DNA of 64,000 nt from NCBI GenBank assembly GCA_965222375.1, contig CBDCTZ010000016.1, positions 2,912,001 to 2,976,000 of the forward strand, in the 5' to 3' direction. This document shows, piece after piece, positions 38,615 to 49,247 of the stretch. Under the pieces are notes generated by a model. It did no database searches. It was not told where the DNA came from and saw only the letters and a program-made list of their open reading frames with translations. How positions within the stretch are numbered: position 1 is the first letter of the stretch; every line of letters starts with the position of its first letter. The DNA comes from Polyangiaceae bacterium (GTDB lineage Bacteria; Myxococcota_A; Polyangia; Polyangiales; Polyangiaceae). Both the position numbers and the translations under genes were made by a program.

Positions 38615-40027
38615 ATGCGTCCTGTGGCCCTCTTCTGGCTCAGCGTGACGGCTGTCAGCGTTGCCTGCGGTGGGCGCTCACAACTCGAAGGCATGCCGGG
38701 AAGCGCGGGCGGCGGAGTTGCGCCGGGAGGGGTTGGCGGTCAGGACTCGCCAATCGGCGGGTCGCCTAGCGGCGCGGGCGGCCTGCCCTCGAGTGGCGGA
38801 GCTGGTGCGGGTAGCGGCGGTCAGGCGGGCAGCGGGGGGAGCGCAGGTCAGCTCGGCAGCTGCGCCACCTTCACTCCGCGGACCGCCCGCCGCGTAGTGC
38901 CGTACTGGAACACGGACTCGGAGTTCGAACCCCGTCTGGTCTTGGCTGGCAATGACGAGAGCGCTGTCGCGCTCGCGTTCCGAGCACACAAGAGCAAGCT
39001 CTTCGCCACGCCGCCCATCGAAGGTTGGGGCTGGCTGGCCAACCTGACGTTTAGCCCCTGGGCAACCTGGTCGTCTGCAGATCTGGAGACCGCGGAAATC
39101 GGAGCTTCGGCTGTGAGCTGGTCTGATTTTGCCCAGGGAAGCTCACCAGCAGCCGCCCACGCACTGCTGTATCGCGCCGCCGGTCTCAGCGAACCCAGCG
39201 AACGGATGTACTTCGCTCCCGATCTGGTGCCTGGAGGAAAGGCAACCAACACGTTGTTGAATGCCCCGGGCAAACGCGCGCTGTTCGTCGCCGGCGGCGG
39301 AGGGCACCACCTGCTCGGATTCGAACGGCTTATTGCTGAGGGACATCACGCGCTGACATTCGGGCGATTCGCCCAGGGAGCGTTTTCGGCGGAAGGAGCT
39401 TCCGGCTGTGCGACGGCACCACTGGCTGCTGACGCGCTCTGGTCGCCAAACGGCTACCTGCTCGCCCTGTCCACGAGCCGTCCATTTGGGACCTGCGCTG
39501 ACGCGGGCGCGGACGGCCCGCCCACGCGACTCGAGATCGCGCGGCTTGCTGAGGGATCGGTCCAGCCACAACTGCGCGAGGGGTTCGACGTTGGCGCACC
39601 GGTGGCGCAAGTCCGCCTGGTGCGCCGTCCGCAGGGAGCATGGCTCTTGTGGCGAGTCTCCGGTTCAGCACAGGCAGGAGCGGTGAGCGCGCTGCGTCTG
39701 GGCCCGACCGGCAAGGCGATTGGTGCCCCGATGGAAGTAGTACCATCGGGAAGCGCAACGAAGGGCTTCACTACAGCGAGCTTGGGTGAACGTCTGGTCG
39801 TCTTGTGGTCCGATGGCGTGGAGCCACCTCTTGCCAGGGTTTCTCTGCGGGCGTTCGACGAAAGCGGGGTGGTCTCGTCGGCGTCGTGGGTGCCGGTTCC
39901 GCCGCTGCGCCAGATTGGTCTACCTGCTCTTGTCGGCTCGCCAGACGGCGCTGCCCTTGTCATGGCGTGGACCGGCGATGACGGTAGCACTGGGGTGTTC
40001 GTGAGCCGGCTGGATTGTATGCCCTAG
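38615..40027 (+). CDS. Hypothetical lipoprotein with Gly-rich linker and beta-rich (propeller-like) domain
   Basis: Signal ending VACGG, Gly/Ser linker, repeated strand patterns. Confidence 0.7.
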   Translation: MRPVALFWLSVTAVSVACGGRSQLEGMPGSAGGGVAPGGVGGQDSPIGGSPSGAGGLPSSGGAGAGSGGQAGSGGSAGQLGSCATFTPRTARRVVPYWNTDSEFEPRLVLAGNDESAVALAFRAHKSKLFATPPIEGWGWLANLTFSPWATWSSADLETAEIGASAVSWSDFAQGSSPAAAHALLYRAAGLSEPSERMYFAPDLVPGGKATNTLLNAPGKRALFVAGGGGHHLLGFERLIAEGHHALTFGRFAQGAFSAEGASGCATAPLAADALWSPNGYLLALSTSRPFGTCADAGADGPPTRLEIARLAEGSVQPQLREGFDVGAPVAQVRLVRRPQGAWLLWRVSGSAQAGAVSALRLGPTGKAIGAPMEVVPSGSATKGFTTASLGERLVVLWSDGVEPPLARVSLRAFDESGVVSSASWVPVPPLRQIGLPALVGSPDGAALVMAWTGDDGSTGVFVSRLDCMP

Positions 40028-40302
40028 GGCTCGAGTGGCCGCTTTGGCCATCCCGCCTTGTAGCTCACCGACTCTACGCGGGCCGTCTCGCGCTCGGTGG
40101 GGGGATTCTGCTCGGCCTTACGGTTACGATGCTGCTTCGGGGCTCGACGTCAGACCCGAGCAAAGGGCGTTGCCGTCGCTGAGTGTCGAGGGCGACAGGG
40201 ACGCGCATGGGGCTAGGAGCTTGGGCGGCCTAACGTGGGAGTAGTGGCCTAGCGCCGCCACAAGTCCGCGACCCCAAACTAAACAAGAAGAAATGGGAGT
40301 CG

Positions 40303-41817
40303 CTAGTCCAGCAGAGGGAGGTCGGCGAGGCGGCGGGAGGTGATATCGCTCAGGGCCATGATGGTTGCTTGGGGATTGACCGCGCTGGGGCTGGGGAAGA
40401 CGCTGGCGTCGCAGATGTAGAGGGATTCGACGCCGCGCACTTTGCCATCGGGCTCGACGGGGCCCGAATCGTCTCGGGTCATGCGGCAGGACCCGAAGGT
40501 GTGATTGAGCGTCATCGTCAGGTGCTTGGCTTTGAGCCTTGGGCCCAACAGGCTGGCGGTGTCTTGCTCGTTGCGCATCTCGTCGACCACTCCGGGCAAG
40601 CCCGTGTGCACGTAGCGGGCGCCGACTTGCAGTAGGGCGTCGGCGGCGGCCTTCATGCCTCGAGCGATCGGGTCGACGTTGGAGTCATCGATCCACAGCC
40701 GCATGCTGGGGGAGCCGTTGCGCTTGGCTTTGACTCGACCGTGCACCTTGCCGCGGTAAACCAGGGCAATCACGGTCGCATGTTTGACCTCGTGCAGGCG
40801 CTCCACGAAGTGAAGGCCAACGTCACCCCAGCGCACCATCAGCACACTTGGGGATGCCCACAGCCCTTCGTATTTCAACCCTTTGATATCCTTGCTGATG
40901 GCACCCCAGCCCTGGGTGGCGCCGACCCACGGGTCGACGACCTCGTCCATGATGCCGACCATGCCGCCGCCGATGTGGCAGAACATGGTCGCACCGACTT
41001 TGCCGCCGGGGTTGATGCCGCTGCGCTGCAAGAGCACGGGCGTTTGCATGGTGCCTGCTGCGAGGATCACCGTTTTCGCGCGGACCTTGAAGCGCGCCAG
41101 CTTGCGGTAGCCGCGGGGGTCGATGATGTCGCCTTCGACGCCGATGGCGCGGGCGCCCTGGGTGAGCACGCGGTCCACTTCGGCGCAGGTGTAGATCTCG
41201 GTGCCGTGTTGCTCTGCCGCCGGCAGGTAGGATCGGTCCACGGACTGCTTGTGACCGCCGACGCAGCCTGTCAGGCAGTCCGAGCACCCCTCGCAACCCT
41301 GCACGGCGCGGGGGAGGGGATAGCCGGGGATGCCGAGCTTGCCCTCGATGGCGTCGCGGACGATCAAGTTCCGGCGCCCGAGCACCGACATGGGCGTTGG
41401 CGCCACCTTGCAGCGGGAAAATACGCGGTCGTAAGCAGCTTCGAGCTCTGGGGTCTCGAACAGTTCGATACCGGTCTCCGAGCTCCATTCTTGGCGCACC
41501 CAATCCGGCAACTTGAGCATGATGGCGGAGTTGACGACGGTGCCGCCACCGAGGCAGCGCGCTTGTAACGAGGGGCTCTGCGTGGTGCCACCGATGAGCC
41601 GCAAGCCTCCGTCCCAGAAGTTTCGCGCCAGAAACATGGGTGCGTTTCGCGTCATGTCTTCGTAGCGAACTCGGGGGCCCGCTTCGATCACCACGACCTT
41701 TTGGCCTGCCCTGGCGAGGTTCAGCGCGGCCACGGCGCCACCCGCGCCCGAACCGACTACGACGCTATCGCAGTCGACATCGAAGCCTTGGCGCAGATCG
41801 TCGAGTCCGTGGATCAC
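40303..41817 (-). CDS. GMC family oxidoreductase
   Basis: VVVGSGAGG FAD motif, LGGGTVVN, CEGCSDCLTGC, HTFGSCRM, DASVFP...VNPQATIMA; GTGA overlap with upstream gene. Confidence 0.93.
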   Translation of the reverse strand: MIHGLDDLRQGFDVDCDSVVVGSGAGGAVAALNLARAGQKVVVIEAGPRVRYEDMTRNAPMFLARNFWDGGLRLIGGTTQSPSLQARCLGGGTVVNSAIMLKLPDWVRQEWSSETGIELFETPELEAAYDRVFSRCKVAPTPMSVLGRRNLIVRDAIEGKLGIPGYPLPRAVQGCEGCSDCLTGCVGGHKQSVDRSYLPAAEQHGTEIYTCAEVDRVLTQGARAIGVEGDIIDPRGYRKLARFKVRAKTVILAAGTMQTPVLLQRSGINPGGKVGATMFCHIGGGMVGIMDEVVDPWVGATQGWGAISKDIKGLKYEGLWASPSVLMVRWGDVGLHFVERLHEVKHATVIALVYRGKVHGRVKAKRNGSPSMRLWIDDSNVDPIARGMKAAADALLQVGARYVHTGLPGVVDEMRNEQDTASLLGPRLKAKHLTMTLNHTFGSCRMTRDDSGPVEPDGKVRGVESLYICDASVFPSPSAVNPQATIMALSDITSRRLADLPLLD

Positions 41818-42281
41818 GCCGTGTCCCTCATTTTGGTGAGCGCATCGTCGCGGACATCGATCTTCACGGGATCGCTCGACCAATCGCAGACGCGGTACTC
41901 ACCGATGTGAGCAATCACGGAGGGGTGCGACATGTAGATCATCGTAGTGGTCGCCTTGACCGAATCACCCAGCACCCGGAACGGAAAGAAGGAGGAGCGC
42001 CGCCAGCCGCGAATCGATGCCGTGCGTCGCGCTGCGCTGAGCTTCGAAAAGCGGCTGAAGCACAGCAGCAGCAGCGGCGCCGCGTATTCGATGAACAAGA
42101 ACATTGCGAGCAACAACCGACGCTGGGGAGGCGGAAGCTCCTCCAGGTAGTCCACGGTCCGTTCGACCATCTTCGTGCTCCGCCAATCGGGTGCATCGAT
42201 GTCGTTTTCCGGAAAAGTCGCTTCCGACAGCGCGGCGATGCTCGGCAGCGCTCGATTCATCCAGAAGCCGGTGGAACTCAA
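41814..42281 (-). CDS. Small partner protein of the GMC enzyme (gluconate 2-dehydrogenase subunit 3-like)
   Basis: RFSKLSAARR...W..S...YMSHPSVIAHIG pattern; translationally coupled to the GMC gene; start 42281 or 42260. Confidence 0.7.
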   Translation of the reverse strand: MSSTGFWMNRALPSIAALSEATFPENDIDAPDWRSTKMVERTVDYLEELPPPQRRLLLAMFLFIEYAAPLLLLCFSRFSKLSAARRTASIRGWRRSSFFPFRVLGDSVKATTTMIYMSHPSVIAHIGEYRVCDWSSDPVKIDVRDDALTKMRDTA

Positions 42282-42333
42282 GGGGGGCTAGGGTACACCC
42301 AGCTGCCTCTTGACCAAGGGCCGCGAGTCACCT

Positions 42334-42357
42334 ATTGGTAACTGTCAGGTTACCAAT
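42334..42357 (+). promoter_or_regulatory. Palindromic operator overlapping the ArsR start codon
   Basis: ATTGGTAAC-N6-GTTACCAAT; TTGACC at 42310-42315 upstream. Confidence 0.65.
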
Positions 42358-42688
42358 GGTTGCTGCCCGGAAAATCCAGTCAGAAACCGTGTTCGACACT
42401 CTGGGCAGCCCGGTGCGGCGCCAGATCGTCCGATTGCTGTCAGCGGGACCCAAACCCGTCGGCGCGATCGCCCAAGCCTTGCCGGTGACTCGCCCCGCCG
42501 TTTCGAAGCACCTGAAGCTTCTCGAGTCGGCCCGCTTGGTGCGGCATGAGAGCCATGGAACCCAGAACGTATTCCGCTTGTCACCGGAGGGGTTTCAGTT
42601 GGCACGGCGTTGGCTGGACGACTTCTGGGATGATGCCCTGAGCCGCTACGCAGACGTTGCAGAACGTTCCTATCGGGAGGGCAAGTGA
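42356..42688 (+). CDS. ArsR/SmtB-family transcriptional regulator
   Basis: VFDTLGSPVRRQIVRLL...VTRPAVSKHLKLLESARLV; FWDDAL tail typical of SRPBCC-linked ArsR proteins. Confidence 0.92.
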   Translation: MVAARKIQSETVFDTLGSPVRRQIVRLLSAGPKPVGAIAQALPVTRPAVSKHLKLLESARLVRHESHGTQNVFRLSPEGFQLARRWLDDFWDDALSRYADVAERSYREGK

Positions 42689-43129
42689 GCGAACCCATCC
42701 GGAGAACGTTGCGATTGACGGTACCCGTCGAGCACGCGTTTCAAGGTCTTCACACATGACGTGAATGCATGGTGGCCCCACAGTCACCGCAGGTTCGACG
42801 CATCCACGCTCTCCTTCGAGGCCCATGTGGGCGGCCGATTTGTCGAAACCAGCCCCAGCGGAGAGGAGGCCGTGTTCGGTGAGGTGTTGCACTGGGAGCC
42901 GCCGCACCGAATTGCCTACAGTTGGAACCCTGGATCCAGTGTTGGACCGACCGAAGTCGATGTGCGCTTCATTGGCGAAGGTGCGGAGACTCGCGTAGAG
43001 GTCACGCATAGTGAAGCCGAAAGCGGACTGGGTGATGAGTGGCGAAAGCGCGTGCAGATCTTCGAGCGTGCTTGGGACAGCGTGCTTCCCGCGCTGTCCG
43101 AGCACCTCGCGGCGCAGTCGGAGGAGTGA
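42685..43129 (+). pseudogene. SRPBCC (AHSA1-like) protein with a +1 frameshift at 42739-42741 (probable sequencing error)
   Basis: GTG 42685 reads MSEPIRRTLRLTVPVEHAF; removing one T gives KVFTHDVNAWWP...WEPPHRIAYSW...TEVDVRF. Confidence 0.85.
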
Positions 43130-43130
43130 A

Positions 43131-43550
43131 GTGAAGGAATTCAAAGCCAGTGGGCTGATCCGAGCATCGACGGAGCGCGTTTGGTCCGTGCTCATTGCTA
43201 CCGACAAGTGGCCCGAATGGGATCCGAGTTGCGAGCGCATCGAAGGGACACCCGCCCTCGGGTCGAAGATCAAAGCGTTCTCGAAGCTCAGCCCGGGGCG
43301 AGGCTTCGCGGTCAAAGTCAGCGAGCTCTCGCCGAATTCGAAGATGACCTGGTCCGGAGGCATGCCCCTGGGCCTCTTCAAAGGCGAGCGCACCTTCGTC
43401 TTGACCCGTGTCGAGGACGAGCTGACGGAGTTTACCGTGCGCGAGGTGTTCAGCGGGCCCATGCTGGCGCTGATCGGAGGCAGTATTCCCGACATGACCG
43501 AGGCCTTTGCAGGCTTCGTCGAGGGGCTCAAAGCACGAGCGGAGGCCTGA
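43131..43550 (+). CDS. SRPBCC / polyketide cyclase-like protein
   Basis: IRASTERVWSVL...WPEWDP...FTVREVFSG...GLKARAE; GTG at 43131. Confidence 0.88.
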   Translation: MKEFKASGLIRASTERVWSVLIATDKWPEWDPSCERIEGTPALGSKIKAFSKLSPGRGFAVKVSELSPNSKMTWSGGMPLGLFKGERTFVLTRVEDELTEFTVREVFSGPMLALIGGSIPDMTEAFAGFVEGLKARAEA

Positions 43551-43608
43551 GCCCACGTCGGAATCCGGGATTGATCGCGGGGCGGAAACCGGCGCAGGAT
43601 AGCGCATC

Positions 43609-44031
43609 ATGCAACGCCTCCTCATGATTGCCATCGCCGCGCCACTGCTTCTTGGGTGCACCACCGAAGAGATGCGTGCTTACACGCCGGTCAAAGAGAA
43701 GACGAAGATGTCCGAGGATGTCTTGCTCACCGCTACGCGGCGGAGCCTCGATGCCAATCGCTTCGTTGCGATCGAAAAGAGCGAGCCGTATTCCCTGACC
43801 ACGCGTGAAAAGGAGGTATTCACCTCCAGCGTGCCTCGCTTGGCTTATCGCTACTCCTTCGACATCACGACCGAGGGCGGTGTTCTGAGGATCAATGCGA
43901 CCTGCGTCCAGAACAGCGCCATGAGCCGCGAATCTTACGAAGACTGTGGCGCGGAGCGGCCCGAGCGGGTGATCCGGGAACAAGAGACGCTACGCAAAGA
44001 CATCCTTGCGCGCGCCAAGAAGCTCCAATGA
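43609..44031 (+). CDS. Hypothetical lipoprotein
   Basis: Lipobox LLGC; one Cys pair in the mature part. Confidence 0.7.
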   Translation: MQRLLMIAIAAPLLLGCTTEEMRAYTPVKEKTKMSEDVLLTATRRSLDANRFVAIEKSEPYSLTTREKEVFTSSVPRLAYRYSFDITTEGGVLRINATCVQNSAMSRESYEDCGAERPERVIREQETLRKDILARAKKLQ

Positions 44032-44173
44032 TGGCGCAGTAGCGCAGTGATTTCGCGCTGAGCTTCGCCGTCGGCCCGGCGCCGCACCCCTTGCGCGCAG
44101 CCGCGGGCCGCAACGTGAGTTTTCGGGCAGTGCGGTCTTCCCTCCCGCTTTCGGCGGCCACACACTAGCCGGG

Positions 44174-46009
44174 ATGCCAGGACCCGCTGCTCTGCCTGCC
44201 GACACACTATACCGCCGATGCGACGTCGAGGGGCTAACCTTTGCCAGCACTCGCGAATTGAAAGCGCTCCGCGGCCCCTTCGGACAGGAGCGTGCTGCGG
44301 CGGCGACGCGGTTCGCACTGTCGATGCGACGCTCGGGGTACAACCTCTACGTTGCGGGACCGGGGGGACATGGCAAACACGCCTTCGTCGAGCATGAGCT
44401 TCGCGCCTTGGCGCGGACCAGGCAGGAGGCTCGCGACTGGTGCTACGTGCGAGACTTCGCGCGCTCCGACGGGGCGCGCGCGCTTTCTCTGCCATCGGGC
44501 AAGGCGCAGAGCTTTGCCCACGACATGGACAAGCTGGTTGACGATCTGCGGGTCGGCATTCCCGCGGCCCTTGAAAGCGACAGCCACCGAGCGCGCCTCG
44601 AAGAGATCCGCGAGGAGCTCGAAGCACGCTCTCAAGCGGTGTTTCGCCGCGTCGAAGAGGATGCACGTGCCTTCGACGTCGCCATGCTGCGGGTGCCTTC
44701 GGGTGTGGGTTTCGCGCCGATGCGGGACGGACAGGTCCTAGATCCTCAAGAGTTCGAGAAGCTTCCCCGAGAGCGTCGCGAGCTCATCGAGTCCAGCATC
44801 AAGCGATTGCAGGACAAGCTTTCCCGAGAGCTCCGCCAAATGCCCAAATGGGCCAAAGAGGCCAGAGACCGCGCCAAGGAGCTCACTCGTGAAGTGGTGT
44901 CACAGACCGTGGACCAGGCCTTCGAGGAGCTGAACGCCACGTGGTCCGATCACGAAGATGTTGCCGCCCACCTGGCGGCTCTCCGGGATGACATGCTCGA
45001 AAACGCCGGCCGCTTTCATGCCCAGGAGGATGGGGAGTCACCCGCTCAGTTGAACGTACATCGAGTCTTCGATCGCTATCGAGTGAACGTGTTGGTGGAT
45101 ACTTCCAATGCCCGTGGCGCTCCGGTCGTATTCGAGACCAAGCCCAGCCTGCCGAGGTTGGTTGGGCGAGTCGAGCATCGTGCCGAGTTGGGAACTCTCG
45201 TCAGCGACTTCACGTTGATCCGGGCCGGCGCACTGCATCGTGCGAATGGTGGCTACTTGGTGCTGGACGCAGTGGACATCCTCACGAATCCGCAGGCGTG
45301 GGCAGCGCTGAAACGGGCGCTGTATTCCGAGCAAGTTCAGATCGAATCCCTCGCGCAGGCGGTTGGGTTGAGCAGCGGGGAGAGCCTCGAACCGGATCCG
45401 ATCCCCTTGGAGATCAAAGTCGTGCTCGTCGGCGAGCGGCGGCTGTACCACCTCATGGCCGAGCACGACCCGGATATGCCCGAGTTGTTCAAGGTCCTGG
45501 CCGACTTTGATGATGTAGTCGAGCGCAACGGGGAAAGCGAGATGGAGTTCGCTCGACAAGTTGCTGCCATCGAGCAGCGTGATGCTCTGCGTGGCTTCGA
45601 GCGTGCTGCGGTTGCTCGACTCATCGAGCATAGCTCGCGCCAAGTTTCAGATCGACGGAAGCTCTCCACGGCGACCCGGGACCTCGCGGATCTTTGTCAT
45701 CAAGCGGACTTCTTCGCAGCCCAACGCAAGTCCGAAGAGGTCCAAGTTTCGGATGTCGAGCAAGCGCTCTCGGAGCGGGATGACCGGCATGCGCGGTTGA
45801 GAAAGCGTTTCGTGGAACAGATTCTGCAGCGAACGGTTCTACTCGACACGAGCGGTGAAGCCGTCGGCCAAATCAATGGTCTGTCCGTGCTCGAGTTTGG
45901 AGGTGCACGTTTCGGTCTACCGACGCGCATTACGGCGACGGCTCGCGTTGGCGACGGCAAGCTAGTCGACATCGAGCGCGAGGTTGCCCTCGGTGGGCCT
46001 ATGCACTCC
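44174..46009 (+). pseudogene. LonB-like (AAA+/Lon-C family) ATP-dependent protease, truncated within the protease domain
   Basis: GQERA, GPGGHGKH, GALHRANGGYLVLD, LEPDPIPLEIKVVLVG, VGQINGLSV, DIEREVALGGPMHS, then an abrupt switch to unrelated sequence. Confidence 0.85.
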
Positions 46010-47501
46010 TACCCGGGTAGCTTCTTTTCGATCAATGCCAGCGGTACGGCGACCAACCCAATCGTGATCCGAGGCGCGAGCCAGACAGGTGTCGTGCTCG
46101 ATGGCGGCGACTGCAGTGGCTGCAACATCATCGAAGTCTACGGTAGCTACGTGCATGTGGAGCGCATGACGCTGAAGAATGCGCAGCGTGCGCTGCGCTT
46201 TCAGGGGGGTGGATTCCGTCGGGAACGTCGCGCGACACTTGAAGATCGAGAACGTTGTGCACGGGATCGGTTCCAAGACTGGGCAGAAGGACTTCTGGAT
46301 TTGCGATGACGATATCGATGGAAGGCTGATTTGGCCTTGGGTATTCCAGTCCAACGCCACGAGCCATTGGGATGATCGGGGCATCGAAGTGACCGGAGAC
46401 GGACACGTCGTCTGTCACAATCGGATCCGGGGGTTTGGAGACCCCGTCGTCAACAAGAAGAGCCGAGCGCGTTCCTGGGACATCTACAGCAACGACATCC
46501 TGGATTCCTTCGACGGTACGGAGCTGGACGACGGTGAAGGCAATGTGCGTCTGACCCACAATCGCTACACCAACGTGATGGACCCGGTGAGCATTCAGCC
46601 GATTTGGGGAGGGCCTGCATACGTGTTGCGCAATGTCGCGCTGAACGTGCCCGAGGAGCCGATCAAGCTCAAGAGTACCGGTGGCGTGAATGAACCAAGT
46701 GGCGCGATCATTCACCACAATACCTTCGTCAGTCCGAATCTTTCGTTGAACCTCCAGACACCCATCACGCAGCACAACTTCGTCATCTCGAACAACCTGT
46801 TCGTCGGGCCCAAGCAGCTGGCGGGGAGTCGAACCGTCGACTGGACCGCGACGATCAACGGCGGTCGTTTCGACTATGACGGCTACTTCCCGGACGGCGG
46901 CTTCTGGTTCGGCAAGGTGGGTGGGCAAAACCAGATCTGGAACAGCTTTGCTGAAGTACAGGCCGCGGGCAAAGTCGAGCAGTCCGGTGTTCTCCTCGGC
47001 GAGCCGATTTTCGAGGCAGGATTCCTTGGCCCTGCAGACGAACAACAGCATCAGAGCCCCAAGCAGTTCGTTCTTGCAGCCGGCTCCAACGCCATCGACA
47101 AAGGAGAGCCCCTGCCCGGCATCAACACGGGTGCGATTGGTGCTGCGCCAGATCTCGGCGCTCTGGAACGAGGCTGCCCCACGCCGACCTATGGGCCGCG
47201 CCCTGAGGGGCAAGATGCCGTGACCAATCTCGTCGACTGCAATGCATCCACGCCGCCACCGCCGGGTACGGGAGGCAGTGCTGGTGCCGGGGCGAGTGCG
47301 GGCGCAGGCGGGGTTGCGGGGAGTGGAGCTGCTTCAGGCTCGGGGGGCAGTGGGGGAGCAGGAGCACCGGGGAGCTCTGACGACGACAGCGGCTGCGGGT
47401 GTCGCATGGGCGCGAACACATCGGGAGGCGCCCAAGCGCTCTCTCTTGCGATTCTGTTCGGGCTTTTTCGACGGCGTCGGTGCACTCGGGCGAGCCGCTA
47501 A
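46010..47501 (+). pseudogene. Right-handed beta-helix surface protein with MYXO-CTERM; N-terminus missing, +1 frameshift in G6 run at 46204-46209
   Basis: YPGSFFSINASGTATNPIVIRG, PbH1-like repeats, SNAIDKG...APDLGALE, Gly/Ser linker, DDSGCGCR-hydrophobic-RRRR. Confidence 0.8.
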
Positions 47502-47599
47502 GTAGTGGAATTGTAGACACAACCTGCTTGGTGAGCGGCGGAGTTCGGCTTCGGCGTCCGGGCGGCACACCGACGGAGAATGCGGTATCATCTTCTGCG

Positions 47600-48628
47600 A
47601 TGCGAAAGTTTGCGAGCCTCGGAGCTGTCTTTGGTCTAGTGGTTGCGAGCGTCGCCTGCGGCAGCGATGACGGAGAAGGAGTCGCCGGGCCACAGTTCGG
47701 CACTGGGGGCGCCGCCGCGGCGAGCGGTAACGGTGGAAGCGGTGCTGGCTCCGCCGCCACGGGCGGCAACGCGGGTGGCATTCAGATTGGCGGCGCGGGT
47801 GGCGGTTCCGGTGGGGGGCAAACCGGCTGCACCAAGACGGACTTCTTGTTCGTCGTGGATTCGTCCATCTCGATGCAAAACGAACAGGCCGCGCTCACTG
47901 CGGCCTTCCCGAAGTTCATCTCGTCGATTCAGAGCGCCACCAAGATCAGCGACTACCACATCATGGTAGTCGACACGGACGCCGAAACCCGATGCACCAA
48001 GAGCGCCTGCTCGGGGTCGCCGCACAAGACTTGTAACAACTACGCCTGCAACAACGTCTACTCGGGCTGCGACAAGCAGCGAGGCGCGGGCGTCATTCAG
48101 CCCACCGGTCAGGGCTCCAGCAACCAGGTCTGCCCCATCGACGGCGGCATTCGCTACATGACCGAGAGCCAGACCAACCTCAGTGCCACGTTCTCTTGCG
48201 TGGCGACCCTTGGCCTGGCCGGCCACCCATCCGAGCGTCCAATGGAGGCCATGGTCGCTGCGGTCAGCCCCGCCATGAACGATACGGGTGGATGCAACGC
48301 CGGGTTCTTGCGCAAGGACGCGATTCTGGTCGTGACCTTCATCAGCGACGATCCGAACAAGGAGGACACGGGTAACGCGCAGCAATGGTACGATGCCGTC
48401 GTGGCCGCCAAAGACGGCAAGCCGGAATCCGTGGTCATGCTCGGGCTGATCCCCGACGGTGCATCCCCGAATCCGACCAAGCAGTTGCACTGGCATGACT
48501 TCATCAAGCTATGGGCAGCCAGAGGGCTCAAAGGTGACGTGACCAGTACGGACTATTCCCCGTTTTTCGATAGCGCCATCGCCATCATTGACGAGACCTG
48601 CAACAACTTCGTGCCACCCCCGCGGTAG
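47600..48628 (+). CDS. vWA-domain lipoprotein
   Basis: Signal ending VACGS, Gly linker, MIDAS motif DFLFVVDSSISM, LVVTFISDD. Confidence 0.85.
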   Translation: MRKFASLGAVFGLVVASVACGSDDGEGVAGPQFGTGGAAAASGNGGSGAGSAATGGNAGGIQIGGAGGGSGGGQTGCTKTDFLFVVDSSISMQNEQAALTAAFPKFISSIQSATKISDYHIMVVDTDAETRCTKSACSGSPHKTCNNYACNNVYSGCDKQRGAGVIQPTGQGSSNQVCPIDGGIRYMTESQTNLSATFSCVATLGLAGHPSERPMEAMVAAVSPAMNDTGGCNAGFLRKDAILVVTFISDDPNKEDTGNAQQWYDAVVAAKDGKPESVVMLGLIPDGASPNPTKQLHWHDFIKLWAARGLKGDVTSTDYSPFFDSAIAIIDETCNNFVPPPR

Positions 48629-48768
48629 TCAAGCGTCGAACAGGGTCGTCCGCTGCGACGTAGGCGGCACGAAACACGCCCGGTACTGGTCGTTCATCAG
48701 TAGCCAAGTGGCATTCGGCCATCGAGCGGTGCCCAGAGCCAGCTCATGCTGAGCCCCCGGCAATTGCC

Positions 48769-49161
48769 TTGGAGCGCGTCGAAGACCAACGCATCACGTG
48801 GGCCATCGACGAGATCTGTCGTCGCGAAGAATTGACGCCTCGGGAGGTGGACTTGCTGGTTGCGGCGGTTGCTGGCGTCCCAAGAAAGACCCTTTCGGAT
48901 GAACTTGGCGTCAGCGAAAACACGCTGAAGACGCAGGTGCGTGGCCTCTTGCGCAAGACGGATGCTGGCACCCTCGAGGAACTGGCGCGTAACACCCTTC
49001 AACTCGCCCTCGCGGATTCCAATCCCCATCGGGTGAGCAGCATCCCGCCCGAGTCCAAGCATCGAGGCCCGCCGAGCATTCGACCCTCGGGCACCCGCAC
49101 CCGCGTGAATCCCGACGACGAAGAGTTGGCGGAGTTCCGTAAGCGTTACGGTGACGGCTAA
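48769..49161 (+). CDS. Stand-alone LuxR-type HTH regulator
   Basis: LTPREVDLL...LSDELGVSENTLKTQVRGLLRK; TTG start uncertain. Confidence 0.85.
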   Translation: MERVEDQRITWAIDEICRREELTPREVDLLVAAVAGVPRKTLSDELGVSENTLKTQVRGLLRKTDAGTLEELARNTLQLALADSNPHRVSSIPPESKHRGPPSIRPSGTRTRVNPDDEELAEFRKRYGDG

Positions 49162-49202
49162 CCCAGCTGGTCCACTGCACTGCGGGGTGATCGGGGACGA
49201 TT

Positions 49203-49247
49203 AAACTCCGATTGACGACCGGAGTTTTGTGGTTGATATTTGTCGCG
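49203..49247 (+). promoter_or_regulatory. Sigma-70-type promoter with overlapping palindrome; probably leaderless
   Basis: TTGACG (49212-49217), 17 nt, GATATT (49235-49240), GTG at 49247; AAACTCCG-N9-CGGAGTTT spans the -35. Confidence 0.6.

Noticed and set aside
42757..42759. In-frame TGA in the SRPBCC gene as selenocysteine or readthrough
   Set aside because: An extra T at 42739-42741 explains it, and the downstream domain is in a different frame
48665..48680. Third sigma-54 promoter (CGGCACGAAACACGC) upstream of the LuxR gene
   Set aside because: The spacing fits but the -12 element is poor; a chance match is likely in GC-rich DNA
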